Origin: Mytilus trossulus | Taxonomy: Eukaryota | Assembly: GCF_036588685.1 (NCBI RefSeq) | Contig: NC_086381.1 | Location: 46,252,001 to 46,316,000, forward strand | Direction: 5' to 3' | Length of the DNA: 64,000 nt | In this document: positions 25,201-38,900 of the stretch, in pieces | Numbering within the stretch: position 1 is the first letter of the stretch | Layout of the letters: the number at the start of each line of letters is the position of its first letter | Position numbers and translations under genes: made by a program | The notes under the pieces: generated by a model | Told to the model about the DNA's origin: nothing | Databases searched by the model: none | Seen by the model: the letters and a program-made list of their open reading frames with translations, nothing else

Positions 25201-28200
25201 GTCATTCATTGTGTCAAAAACTGCAAATGAAATGGAATAAAGTTAAAATGGGATCACTAAAAAAAATGTTTTTATTCATAAAATAGTGAAGGCAAATTTA
25301 AAAATTCTAACATTTTACAAGTACAAAAATATATATTTGTATATGTGGGAAACACAGTTACAAAGAGCACAAATTTCAGAAACCTACCAATTGCATCATT
25401 GTTAAATATCTTTTCCACCATAAATATTTCTGCATATGTGGCCCAAGGGCAGATAATCCATAATAACCATACATAAGAACATGAATGAAAGAGTTGATCA
25501 TTGCACCAAAGAAAGCTGAAATGAAAGAGAGTAAAATAGATAAATAAGGTGTTTTTTCATGGATATATGGAAGCCTTTTTAAAATATAAATCAATGAAAA
25601 CTATTTTCATGAAATATATATTACATTTTTTTTAAGAGGTTCTGTGCAAAAGTTTGTGTTTTAATGAGGTTGTAAAATAGAAAAGTGTACATGTTTAACA
25701 AGACTTTTCACCAAAGCAGACAAAATATCATCTTCAACATTTCAATTTGCCTAATATCAATTTCTATCAGGCTTTCCACTTTCAGTTGTGAAAGTTGACA
25801 TGATGATGTTAAAGATAAAAATAATGCGATTTCACATGGTGATAAATTTGCATTAGCCTGAAAGCTAACCTTTTCACATCTACATTTAGCTAGTATTTAA
25901 CATAAAACTATTTTCCATTCAGGTATTGTTTACATTTTTATCTTGTAACACTTATAATTAAAGAATACTGTAGATTTCTTATTTCATAGCTACCATTTTT
26001 TGTGGATTGAGGAAAACTTGCATTTTTCGTAGATATTTGATTTCATGTTTTTTTCAAAGTCTGCATGCAAGACTTAAGTGAATTTTTTATTCGTTTCACC
26101 TGTAACAACGAAATCCATGTAATTAGTATCCCATGAATAATAATGAATCCACAGTACCTTAAAACACATGTTATACTTACATTGTCCACCAGCTACCCAT
26201 TTAACTCCAATCCACCATAGGGGAAACATAGAAGCATGATGATATACATGTAAGAAACTAACTTGGTTATTTTTCTTACGTAATACAAAAAATATTGTAT
26301 CTAACATTTCTAAACACTTAGAGAAATAAAACCACCATAATGCCTTGGCTATCTGAAATGAAGAAAAAAGATAAACATTAAAATTTTACTTCTGGTATGG
26401 CTGTAACCAAAAACATAATGGCTGTAATTAAAAACTGTAACCAAAAACATGAGTGCTACTACAACTAATGTGGGTTTTTTTGGCTAAATCTACATTGTCT
26501 GTAAAAGACATCAAAAAGACACATCAAATGATGTTACGTATGCATTTTACAAATTTCATGGTTATATAAATAATAACTTGCTAATTGACATTATGCACTT
26601 TATTAGGACTGATTTTATAAAGAAAAGTTCTCACACAGTACAATTCATCATTGTCAAACTACTAAAAAATATGGAATCATTCAGTTTAAAAGTACCCAAG
26701 TAAATATGGCTGAATTATTTAACAGATGAACTGATAAACAGATGGAAAATGTAAACTAAATGGATAGCTCCTATTCTTATAGAGTTGAATAAAACATAAT
26801 GCATATGTTCCATTTACACTTTTTGTGGTCGTCATCAATGATTTAAAGTTGTTTATGCATTACATTTTTTTATAATTTAATTTTGGATATAACACATCTT
26901 CTGATTGACTGACGTTGTATTGTTTTTCAGCTCATAGACATAATTTTCATGATTTACTCAGGTTTAAAATGGAATTTAGAGTTAAATTATTAGAAATGAC
27001 TGTAATATTTTTTCTGTCTATTCAAATAACATAAAAAAAATATTACAGCCATTCCTTAAATATAAAATTAAATGTGTATAAACTTACTTGTAATTCATTT
27101 TCATCATCTGTGTAAACAACTGTTTGACATGAATAGTTATACCCTGCTTTTGTTGTGTAATAAATAACCTGGAAAAAAATCAAAATACATTTAAATAGAG
27201 CCAATTCAGTATAAATACAAATAAATCTATAGTTTATAATAGCAAAGTTTGTCAGTAGAAAAGTATTTACATACATATTGTAATCTTTAAAAAGAAACAA
27301 ATATATATATAACAATAAACAATTGTTTATAAAATTTTATAAATCATTCTTAACTTTCTCTTGCTTAGCTCAGATATATCCAGACATAAGGTTTAAGCTC
27401 TATGAAATTATATAATTGTTTAAATTTATAAACCAATTTTTCAAGACGTTTCGCCCAATGGCCTTCTTCAGTTCTTTATTATCTATGATATTGCCAGGCA
27501 TCGAAGAAAAAACATGCTTTAAATGTACCATGACTGTACATATGTAAGGTAGTGTTATTATTTTGAAATGAGAAAACCCTCAGACCGACTTTCAGTGCTA
27601 TTGGATTGGCTTGCAAAAGGGAAAAAATAACAGCAGAGTTTTGATTGGTTATAACATGATTTTAGATATTTATCTTATTCTTTTTAATTCATTCAGCTCA
27701 TAATTACCATCTCTGTATTTTTTAAAGGACTTACCTGAGTAAATATATGTAAATTTAATATCACAAGAGCTATGTTGTAGTAAAATAAAAAATTTCCTAA
27801 TTTCACTGGTTCTCGTTTTTCCATAAATTTCATTCCAGCTAAAACTATTATGATATATGCTATTGTTGTTACTAATGTAGGAACAATGCTTTGCATCAAG
27901 AACCAGTCTTTTACTCTAGGATCTGCAATAGATAGAAAACAAATAATAATTAATTCAGTGATATTTATTGTACAAAATTGAATAAAAACTGTAAAATTAA
28001 AAAAAAACTAAATCAATTAATGCTGCAGATAACAACCTAAGTTTTTGGGTGTGTTAATGTGTATGTTGCACTTAATTAGTGGCAAAGAAACTGATCGGCA
28101 TTATGGCCATCAATTTATAAATCTATAAGATTTAAATATCTATGACCATTATATTAAAAAATATTATAACATAGTAAAATCAATAGAAAGTGGTGTAATT

Positions 28201-29969
28201 GCAGATGTGTCAGTTATCAACAAAGGACCATTAAAAAGATCAAATATGAAGACATTTTATTTATTATGTTTATACAGATATCAATGTGCAGGACAATTAT
28301 ATATATAAGTACCTACAGCCAACCTTTAATATACATGCTTACAGATTAGACAGTGTTTTCCCTAATGACTAGGTTTTACACTTGTCATTTTTGGGGCCTT
28401 TTATCTTGCTGTTGGTGTGAGTCAAGACTCTGTATTAAAGACCATACTCTGACCTATGATGGTTTACTTTTACAAATTGTGACTTGAATAAATAGTGGTC
28501 TCATTGGCGCTCATACCACATATTTTTATATTTTTATATATATTAATAATGGGCAATTCTTTTAAATTTTGATCTTTGAATTAAAAGATCCATGTATGGC
28601 AAGCTAGACTAATTATTGATATTTTGTATGAATCATTTATTTGTCAAGTTTCAATGTTTGTTTGTTAAATGTTATCAAGCCTTCAGGGTATATATTATTG
28701 AGCAATTCAAATACCACCATTCAATTCATTAATATTGGAGGATTTTTCCCAATCATCTATGCAATGGGGACAATGTTGAGGCGTATTGTGTGTACAGTTA
28801 GCTGTCTTGTCTAATGTTAATAACTGTATGTTAGTTGTCTGTTGTTTATTATTGTTGCTTTTTGGCTCATTTCCAGATAAATCTTAACTTTTAACTTTTC
28901 ATCATAGTAATCTTAAATATAAGCTTCAGATTTCCAACTGACCAAATTACAATCACAAATAATCACACTTTCTTAATTAGATTACACCATGTTTGTGTTG
29001 CAACAAAACTTAGATTTGAACAAAGATTAAATTTAAAAGGCCATACAAAAAAAGTTTTTTTTGTGTACATAATGTATGTCCATATTAAAAAGCCCATAGT
29101 ACATACACCATGAAGATTTAGCAGACAGTGTATAGAATATCTGACAGTTCACCCACATCTAGTCTAACTTATCTTAACAACAATTCTTTAACAAGTCAAA
29201 TTTTAACCTAAGTTTTTCTTTTACTTTATTTGGCCTTGTGCGTAAAGACAGGAAATAAACTGAATATTACAAAATGTTAAGAGGAAGACATATGGATAAG
29301 TTTTGGGTATTCCATTTCCTTCTTTATTATCAGTAGTGTACTTGTAAATAACCAAAAACAATTAAAATACTTCACATATCAGTGATTTAAACTTTGATAT
29401 ACAAATATGTATCATGTCTGGAGTGTTTAAATGTATTATATCTTAGATAAAGGGCATTTCGCAATTTTTGAAATGCAAATACTGTTAAAGAGAACAAATG
29501 AAAAATAACACTTTATGGTTTAAATTTCTAGCTAGAGGAGGACAATTTTCTCTCTTATTACTCAAATTTACAAATAGTTTAGAAATGAGAAACAAATTAT
29601 GTTTATGCATTCAATAGCCATCTGGTATAAACATGACAAATCAATTTTAATTAATTAATGAATGATAGAAGCATTTATGGAAATAAATTATTCATGGTGA
29701 GATAAAAAAGAAAAAGAAAATATGTTATTATACATATCAAAAATTTATACACAAATAATGTTCCTGGATAAGTATAGAATGAACAGTCAAATAAAAATTG
29801 AGTTTCAATTTCGGTCAGCACAATATGTTATGCATGACATTGCATTATCAAATTTGATCACATGATTTTGTAAATACAGAAACAAGAAAAATCAAGCCTT
29901 ACCTGATATTGACAGAGCCCAGTCATAAAATTCTGATACTTCATAATATTTGTCCTTTATTATATCCAT
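22275..29969 (-). CDS. ELOVL4: Very-long-chain fatty acid elongase ELOVL4; exons 29969-29903, 27922-27735, 27168-27088, 26352-26181, 25515-25388, then either 23711-23547 or 23503-23342, then 22385-22275 (303 or 302 aa)
   Basis: Motifs [39 protein letters not shown] (HxxHH catalytic box), [33 protein letters not shown]-terminal KKHK* di-lysine ER-retrieval signal. All splice phases are consistent. Confidence 0.93.
22608..23018 (-). mobile_element. HINE-like element in the last ELOVL4 intron
   Basis: Two degenerate internal units, GACA-rich tract and terminal TGCCCC..GGGGCA hairpin. Similar elements at ~53082-53402, ~54336-54588 and ~54881-55080. Confidence 0.6.
23342..23503 (-). CDS. ELOVL4: ELOVL4 alternative exon 6b (TM6-TM7 variant B, 54 aa)
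   Basis: aatttAG|ATC...AAG|GTAAAG; [54 protein letters not shown]; phase 0/0. Confidence 0.88.
23547..23711 (-). CDS. ELOVL4: ELOVL4 alternative exon 6a (TM6-TM7 variant A, 55 aa)
   Basis: ttctAG|ACC...AAG|GTAATA; [55 protein letters not shown]; phase 0/0. Confidence 0.88.
25966..26156. mobile_element. TA-flanked MITE (TACTGTGGATTCATT...AATGAATCCACAGTA); copies ~2063-2270, ~6690-7185 (interrupted), ~40820-41037, ~50124-50260
   Basis: Terminal inverted repeats with TA ends and a shared internal TGGATTGAGGAAAACTTG. Confidence 0.65.
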
Positions 29970-32660
29970 GTCTATTTATTTAAAATCTGAAATAAAAACA
30001 ATTAATTTATACATTGCAAAAAGACACCAGTTACTATATACATGTAGTTCAATTTTAAATAACAAAACTATACTTCACCACATTTCTATTTATCTCACTT
30101 TTAAAATAAGTGACACTGGAGGCCAATTACTTAAAATATTTATATCTAACCATGCTAACTGTATTTTTGGAAATATCTGCCTCTAACATATACACACATT
30201 GGTCATTCTTTCTTTACCATGTTTACGTTCAACTATCATCAGCACTTTGTACGTAAGGAACAGAATTTCATTTTTACCTCAAATCATTACATATTCAATC
30301 ATATTTAGCACAATGTCAATGTGATGCACAAAATATTTTTTTGTTATAATCTTTTGAAAAAAATCCAATTTAAAAGGCATTCATATATATTCACTGTAAA
30401 ATGTTCTACTTGCCCTAGAATTTGACAGCTCTTTGTAATCGTATACAAGTATTAGATAAACACAATTAATAATAAATATGAATGGATTCCCACTTTTTAC
30501 AACCCATCATCGATTACCATGGCATGAGTATAAATATATTCAGTTTAAATTACCTTTTCTGATCAAATATAGGTCTTTCCAGTCCTGTGCATCTAGGCTA
30601 ATTAATTCAATATATATAGCTGATCTTTTATTACTTAAAAAAAACAAAAATCAATCACAGTTTAAAACTGTAGAACGAGTTGACACAAGCGAAACCCTGT
30701 TTTGATGTGTTGTAGCAACAGCTAGAATTGTCTTGATTTAGCAATTAGTCTGTTTGGGTTATTTAAATCCCAATTCAATGAGGTGCTTAACTGACAGAAA
30801 GGATTAATCTTGTACTATTTAATAGACCTTTACACATGTAGACAATAGTGATCTTGACCTTGTCATTAATGAAATTAAATACCATATTGATTATGTAATT
30901 GTTGTAGGACAAAAATTAAAAACAAATTTGCAAGATTGTACATTTTGTCACTTTTTTATATTAAATTTGTTTAAAACTTATTTTATTTTTTATAATCATT
31001 TGATTTAATTGATTTACAGATATTTACATGATTTCAGGTGACAACATATGAATAATAAATGTAATTTTACAATTTCTTTAATGGATTATTGTATACATGT
31101 ACAATTTGTACTACATGTAGTAGTTTATTAGGTTATAAACCTTTTGACTTTTACATGTATACCCAACATCTTCTTTATAATGTGTATTCATGAATTTAAA
31201 GGTATAGATATACACATGATACATGTATAGATTTAAAAATAAAGAATAAAAACTAAAAAAAATATATACCATACCAATTAAGAGAACCAAAACTGATAAA
31301 ATGTCCTTGTTCAACTTTGTATTCATAAATTAAAAACCTGAGCTTTTACCCAATATTTATTGACTAATATAAACTTTTTTTCAGGTACAAAATATTTGTA
31401 AGACATTAAGTAATTAAAACATGCATATGGATGCAACCTTTTAAGTCAATAATGTAACCTACACCATTTAAACATTTATATCAAATTTTATGCATATCTT
31501 GATAATGCTACAAAGCAGTGCACTGAGACTTGTAGAATAAAAACTGAGAAAATAGGACAACAAACTGTTGAAGTAATGAGGTTTTTAAATTATTGCATTC
31601 GAGCCTGCATGACAGCATGTATATATAAAAACATCATGGATACCTACATGTAGATTCAAATTATCTATGCCAGACTCACATATATTGTCTGCAAAAGACT
31701 CACCAGTGGCACTAGAATTAAAATTTATCTAAAAAGGCCAAATAAAGTCAAGGAGCATTGAGAACCCAAATTTCTAAAGCCTTGCCAAATTCAGCCAAGA
31801 TAGTCTAGTTCTTGGTGTTGAAAATTCTTAGTTATTTCGAAAAATTCAAAGTTCTGAAAACTGTGAGTTAATTTGTAATTTTGACCAAATTAAATGATAT
31901 AACTCATGATCCTGTCATCACAGAAGTGTTGATTATTGGGCTGGTGACATGTATCTCAGAATTGGGTACCAGGGTAGTGTTGGCATGATAAGCATGTTGC
32001 CTGTTGGATTATGAGTGACAAAGAAAAGTATAACATATATTCTATTAGTCAAAACACTTGACAAATAATTTCAGTTCATTCTGTCAGTAATGATAAAGAG
32101 CTCTTGAGTGTTATAAATAAACATCTGATATCTCATGGGACTATTTGATTACAAAATGTATATATATACATCATGTACATGTACATGATTGTTTATCTTT
32201 ACTCTGTCCTAACATGATTTACACTATGATGTGCAGGGGCGGATCCAGCCATTTTAAAAAGGGGGGAGGGGGGGTTACCAACCCAGGACAAAAAAAAGGG
32301 GGGGGGTCCAATTATATGTCCCCATTCAAATGTATTGATCCCCCCCTGGATCTGCCAATGATGTGGCTAAAATGAAATTGGATACCCTGCATTTATCATG
32401 CATTTCAATAGCATATCAATCATCAAATCACAGACCAACCCCTCCTTAGTAATGAAAAACTATCATTCAGGATTGAACATTTTGTGTAAAAGGTATAATT
32501 TCAAGTTTATAAATAAAGACATTAACTTGAGATTTTCTACACAAAATTTTCAATCTAAAACAGATTAAAGTTTATTCAAAGCATGTTTAACACTTGAAAA
32601 ATACTTTTAATTGAGAAATGAAGAGATGTGTACATGTAGATAAAAGCTCATATGATCATC

Positions 32661-32999
32661 TAGGCCAAAATTTAAAATATGTTTGTTTCCCCTCCCCCAC
32701 CCGGGTGAAAAAATATTTTCCAAAAAAAAATCAAAATTTTTTTTTTTCCAGAAAATAATTTGTTTCCATTTTTGGAAAGTGCTTGAAAGCAGAAGGATTG
32801 ATAATCTAAATAGATACACTCAAATTGTGCACAAACAACTGATAAGTGACCTGGACTGGTCAAGTCAAGCCATTCATGTGACCATGCTATGACAATCACA
32901 TCCAGTTAAAAAAAAAAAAAAAGAACCTGCATTCCTAGTCTGTTTACAAAGGGTAGACCCGGGGGAGGGGAAACAGACATTCTTTTAAATGTGGCCCTA
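32661..32999. mobile_element. TIR MITE (TAGGCC...GGCCTA)
   Basis: ~30-bp imperfect terminal inverted repeats. Confidence 0.6.
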
Positions 33000-33157
33000 T
33001 TGATCTATTCAAACAGTTACCATTTTCTACCCTAAGAATATTTAGACTTCCACAGCTGTATTAGGCAATTTTTTTTAAGGAAATCCAGTCCTCAAATCTC
33101 TTATATTTTGTACCTTTAATAACTATTTGTTCCTCATTCAAGCTTTTGCTGTTTAAC

Positions 33158-33309
33158 CAGTCTGCACCAAAAACTTTTTCAATTACTAGTCCGAAGCAAA
33201 TATTCTGACATTTTTCTTATTGGTCCAAACAAAATTTTGCAAAAACTCACTAGTCCGGATCAAATTTTACTAGTCTGGGGCATCGGACTAGTGGCTCACC
33301 GTGCAGACT
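33158..33309. mobile_element. MITE with CAGTCTGCAC TIR; second copy 43798-43945
   Basis: TIRs plus 6-bp flanking duplications (tttaac/tttaac; tgcatt/ggcatt) and internal ACTAGTCCG repeats. Confidence 0.7.
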
Positions 33310-33817
33310 GTTTAACTGCTGAGTCTTAAGAAGATAAAACACCAATATAACATATACACATGTATTCATAAACTCAAACTTACAAGCAGTTAACTTATTT
33401 AGATACATGTATATATACATTTTAAATGTACATGTAAGAAGATGCATGCTAAGATTGTAAAGCATACATGTCATGTATGTATTAATTAATTTCTATATTA
33501 TTTCAAGACAATCTTTCTATTACATTATCAATAATTTTAAAATTTGGCTTTAACACGAGAACAATTTGGTATGCTCTCTCCAAAATTGTTCCAAAAATAT
33601 ATTGTTGGCAAAAAACAATAATTGAGAATAAACATTTATAAAAGTCATGAACATGATGAATGTAGACCATACTAAATCTATGAACCAGCATTCTGTTAAA
33701 ATATCAATGAAATAAAGCTTGAAGAAATTAAATTATCATTATAATAAACAAGTCTTTATATGGTTAGTGATAGCCAAACTTTACACAGTCAATGTTAGAG
33801 TAACACGGTCTGTATCA

Positions 33818-33912
33818 TAGTCCGAGATTACTCCGACATCCAACAATTGTTTTGCTGTGGGCCCAGCTTGTCAGGCAAAACAGCTGTTGGATGTCAGAGT
33901 AATCTCGGACTA
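33818..33912. mobile_element. 95-bp hairpin MITE
   Basis: Near-perfect palindrome TAGTCCGAGATTACTC...GAGTAATCTCGGACTA flanked by tctgtatca/tctgtgtca. Confidence 0.8.
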
Positions 33913-34450
33913 TCTGTGTCACAGTGTTATTATACTTCCTGGTCCCAATTGGATGAATTGCAGGGCTTAATTATTTGGATTAGGTTAGTAAGTATAATAT
34001 TTTTCCATTAAAAATAATCTCACAACTATCAGAAAAGATGGCATCGGCTAGTCATCACTGATACCATCCTTCCTTGGTATCTTTAACTGTTGATCATATC
34101 AATACTAACAGGTCAGAAAAGCCTTTATATGTTTAGGAACAAATTAATAGGTAACTTTTTCACCTTGCACCCAATTTAGTACAAAGTTCATTCCTTAAAT
34201 AAACAAAACATTAAATCTGTTGATTCAATTAAAATTACTAATTATAGGTACTTTATAAAGAAAACTCAGTTTGCTTAATTAGCAATCATGTTTTTAATCG
34301 ATATTAATTGTGATTATAAGTCACTGAAGTGATCAAACGTGCAGACGCCAGATTCCGGGTGTTGCACCACGGGGGATGGCCAGAGCATATGAAATATTTC
34401 TCGAATTGGTATAGAATGAAAAACTATATGTAAAATAAAAGAAAATGTAC

Positions 34451-34723
34451 CTTCTCTGTTGTAAACAATTGTCAGGAAACCGGGTAACAAGCATGGACTT
34501 ACTGCATGTGTTGCTATAAACAACTAGAAACAAATATACCGGTGAAAGCACCTGCTAGCCAATGAAATCCCCGTTTGCTTAATTATCTTACAAAAATCTT
34601 GCAAGTCAACGTTTCTGATTGGTCAAAATCAATGAAAGTAAATTTAGATTTGTTGAGGATCTCCGGAATAAATCTAATGCAGAGTTTACCAGTTGCTAGA
34701 GAAACAGATTTATTCACCTTCTG
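34451..34723. promoter_or_regulatory. Candidate bidirectional promoter shared by the two ELOVL genes
   Basis: Minus-strand donors at 34502 (GCA|GTAAGT) and 34450 (AAG|GTACAT); plus-strand donor at 34724 (CTG|GTAAGA). CCAAT at 34559-34563 and ATTGG at 34618-34622 lie between them, with local CpG enrichment. Confidence 0.5.
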
Positions 34724-35050
34724 GTAAGAACTGTTTGTGTCATCAATTTAATTATGTGCATTCTCAATACATTGCTACAATTAACAATACTTTATACTTA
34801 TTATTCTAAACAATTAATAACATGTTTGTATGTCTCCACACTTCTGAAAACACTCTGTCTCTGGAAACAGTGGAATAATGGCAATAATCAGTCAGCAAAA
34901 TTATTGGTTTACCATACTGAAAAAAAAATGCAAATATTAACACTTTACTGTAGATCTTCCCACATAGCATTTTCATATATATCATCAGATTTTTTCAATT
35001 TATTTCATTCGATAGCATGGTTCAAACTGACCTTATATTATCTGCTCCGA

Positions 35051-35240
35051 ATACACTTTATATCGCTATTCCTGGCTGACCTGAGAATCTGTCCCGCTTG
35101 AAAAATTGACGTCATACAACAATCACTTTCAATTGTGGCATCAGATATTTTGTATTATGACGTCAAAATTGTTACGGCAACCTGTATACATGTATATGAT
35201 GTCCAGTTATTCATGGTGTACAAATAGCAATAACGTTTAT
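35051..35240. mobile_element. MITE carrying TGACGTCA motifs; second copy ~60935-61099
   Basis: ATACACCTTATC...GATAAGGTGTAT termini (clearest in the second copy) and a shared internal sequence. Confidence 0.65.
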
Positions 35241-35384
35241 AGCCTTTTGCCATCAAGCAACAATCAATTTTTAATTATGGCATAATTTTTTTATGTCAAA
35301 GTTTACCGGAACTTGTTGATTTTATGTAATGGCAGACAAATCCATCCAAGATTCATCAAAATATCCTTGTCATGATTCCTCAGA

Positions 35385-35602
35385 GGTGGTCTCATTGGGG
35401 GGTTCCGATCCCGGATCCCGCTTAGTGTTTTGTCAGATTCCCGTATCCTGCTTACACTATGTACGTAAGCAATTCTCATTTTTTTGCCATTTCCCGGGTC
35501 CCGCAAGACCTCATTTCCCGTTTTCACGACACAATAATTTGAGTTTCACGCTTACGAAAAATCGGCAATCCCGCGTCATGCTTAGACCCCAATGAGACCC
35601 AC
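35385..35602. mobile_element. MITE (GGTCTCATTGGGG...CCCAATGAGACCC); second copy ~61887-62113
   Basis: TIRs, short flanking direct repeats (ctcagag; aatgaa), two similar copies. Confidence 0.75.
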
Positions 35603-35936
35603 CTCAGAGGGCTGAAATAATATCATGAGTTACCATTATTTTGATTTGAAACTTGATTTGTCAAAGTCATTCGATTTTTTTTTTTATCATCATAAAGGAA
35701 ATGTACATTTTATTGTCATGCGCTTATAAGAATGATAGTTAAATACATTTTGCCAAAATTCACAACAAGGATTTCCTGTGTTATTGGTTATATGCAGTTA
35801 ATAAAGGTTTCATTTGGAATTTGAATCAATTAATGTCAGATTAGATGTATTGTTTAGTTTTAAGTTGTTATTCAAAATTTTGTAATTATTGTAAAATTTA
35901 TATTTTTCAATTTTAGATCAATCACCAGTACCGACC

Positions 35937-38900
35937 ATGGGACTGTCATCGTTCATTGATGATTATGATGAAGTTTGGAAGATTAAAATGGGAGGTATGT
36001 CTGTATACAAGTTTTATTCTTACAGTACATGTATCATTAAAGAACAAAACAAAAACAATCCATGAAAACACAGAAATTATATTGAAGTTTGTTAATATAA
36101 TTTTACCTACAGGTATAAAGGAGAAAAGAAAAACACATTTTTTATTATTAACCAACCATTTAACTTCAAGGGGATGTTATGTTTTTTGTCTTTTTTGAGG
36201 CTATCAAGCAAATTAATTTTTCAAATTTTAACCCTATCAGATGTTCAGAATATTTTATTTTGTCATCTGCTTGACCACACACTTTTTTCCCATCAAATTG
36301 GGGTTCAGAATATTTAGAAAAAAATACCCTCTTTTTTTAAGTTAAATGGTTGTTCCCTATAGTGTATAACATTAACAGGGATAATTGAGAGAAAAACGGA
36401 GAAATTCTATATTTTTAGTGATTATATTTTATAGTAAAATAGTAAAGTTCTAAAGAAAAGGACTGCTGCTCTATTTTTTATGGCACATACAAGTAAAAAA
36501 TTTTTTTAGACATTTCATTTCAAATTTTATTTCATTGAATCAGAAGCACATTATAATTTTTAGTTGAAATGAGGAAAAATTACAACATATAATAATACAT
36601 TTTGTAAACCATCAAAGCACATGGTATTGAAGATGAAGGTGCATTCATGGTATTAATTAATGAGACAATACATTTTGTACATCACAACACAGGGGCAGAT
36701 CCAGTCATTTTAAAAAGGGGGGTTCCCAACCCAGGACAAAGGGGGTGTTCCAACTATATGTCCCCATTCAAATGCATTGATAGGCCAAAAAAGAGGGGCT
36801 CCAACCACCAGAACCCCCCTTGGATCTGCCAATGCAGCATAATGTTCAAAACTGATAAATAATACATTAAAAATAATTTATTTTAACTATAATTGTTAGT
36901 CCAATGTTACACTTACAATTTTTGACCCTATCAAATAATATATCATTGGTTGTGTTTTCAGACATAAGAACCCAAGATTGGTTCATGATGACATCACCTA
37001 TACCTACCATTTTTATCATCATGGGTTATCTGCTTTTTGTACATAAGGGACTTCGATGGATGAAAAAACGAGAGGCTTATGATTTAAAAAGAGTTCTACA
37101 AGTTTACAACTTTTGCTTGATATTGGTGAATGCCTATATTTGTTATGAGGTAAGTTTATAGACATGTGCCTTATTGAAAAGTGACTTTTGAATTTCACAA
37201 TATATAACTGTTTTCACCTTTGTATACCGTTGAATGATATCGATGAGTACCCGGTATAAATATTTGCAAACCAAGCATGACATGTAAATAATATGGAAAT
37301 AATCTGACAAATTCTAAATCAATTCATATTTATTTCAATGAACTTACATTGCTCTATCTGCATTGTCAGAGGCAGGAGTGAGTCTTTATAACTTGAGATG
37401 TGGTAGATTGCCAATGAGACAACTATCCATCAGAGACCAAGACTCAACTAAATATCACTGTGTCTGTGGCACAGTATTAATCCTGTTGAGTCATTATTAA
37501 AATCCTCTTTGAGCACCAGCCAAGAAAGTAAAATGCTTTAAGACAACAGGTTCTTCAAGACAAAATTGTGCTTAAGTCTAATCTACTTCTTTTGTTTTTT
37601 TCTTTTTTCTGAAATGTTATGACGATGGCAGTAAATAAAAATAAAATCAAACCAATCTTTACTAAATTTGTGAAAGGGATTAAATATTGATATCATGAAT
37701 TCTGGTTGTTTGACCTTGTATGTATTTGTGTTTTAATTTTCAGTTTTTTGTATCAGCATGGACGAATCCCAAAGTAGATAAATTTTGTGCACCTGTTGAC
37801 AAGTCTAATGATCCTCTCTCTCTTAGGGTAAGTAACTGACAATTTTGTAGTCATGGTAAAGAAAAAGTATGGAATAACAAAAATGTCAATTGACTGATCA
37901 TTCAGAAGTATTTTTAATCTTTGTTCTTTCCACTGTACTTCTCTAAGTTTATGTTTTATCTAGTAATCTCTAAGTTTTAAATATTTTAATGTTACAGTTA
38001 GTGCATTATTCAGTGCAACTTTAATTTTGGCCAGATACTTTAGTGTTAATCTCTCCCATGTTTCCATTAAAATTTTAAAAGTGATGTATTCATAGCATTT
38101 TCCCTTCACATAGATATGACTATTAAAATGAAGGGTTAATAGAAAAAAGTAAGAATATTTTCGCCTCATGTAAATGTATTGGTTTTTTTTGTGTTTTTTA
38201 TTAATTTATAAGGGGAGACAATCTCAAGCAAAATTTATAAGATTTTATTGTTTGACAATATTCCAAAAAAGGGATTGGATAAATGCTCATCCTATATATA
38301 TAAATCCTTTCCCATAGAATGATATTTGACTTTTACATATAACGCTATTCATACATCATAAAGTCTCACATCTAGTAAGGGCAGGGAACTCTTTTGCAAC
38401 TAACAATACCTACATTATACTTCAAAAACATTTAGTATAGTTTGGTGAAGCAAAATTTATGAATAAGCAAGATTGCAGAAGTTGTACAATGAAATTGAGA
38501 TAAGCACACAAGTTGCATTTCTATATATATATATATTTTATACTATAGTAACCATAGTTCTTTTATCACTGATAGAATTATTGGACATTATTTTAAATCT
38601 TTTTTTCAGTTGGCCAATGCAGTATGGTGGTTTTACTTCTCAAAGATCATTGAGTTAATGGATACTGTGAGTATATTTATTGGTAAATAGGATAAGATAG
38701 GAATTATTTGTTCACATCAACTCTGGGTTTTATGATACATATTTAAAAAAATCTCTGAAATATAATTGGATCATTACACCTATAAAAATTAAATCAATTG
38801 GTTGGACTCATTATTGTTTTTATAGTCCAAAAATATTTTATAGGGTTTCAACTTTCAATAGCTGAATGCTTGTTGTACATAATTTAGTTTCATTTTCATC

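Noticed and set aside
23712-25387. Further hidden copies of the TM6-TM7 exon
   Set aside because: No additional QF/FPxWM/LFLNFY-coding segment was seen on manual reading of the intron.
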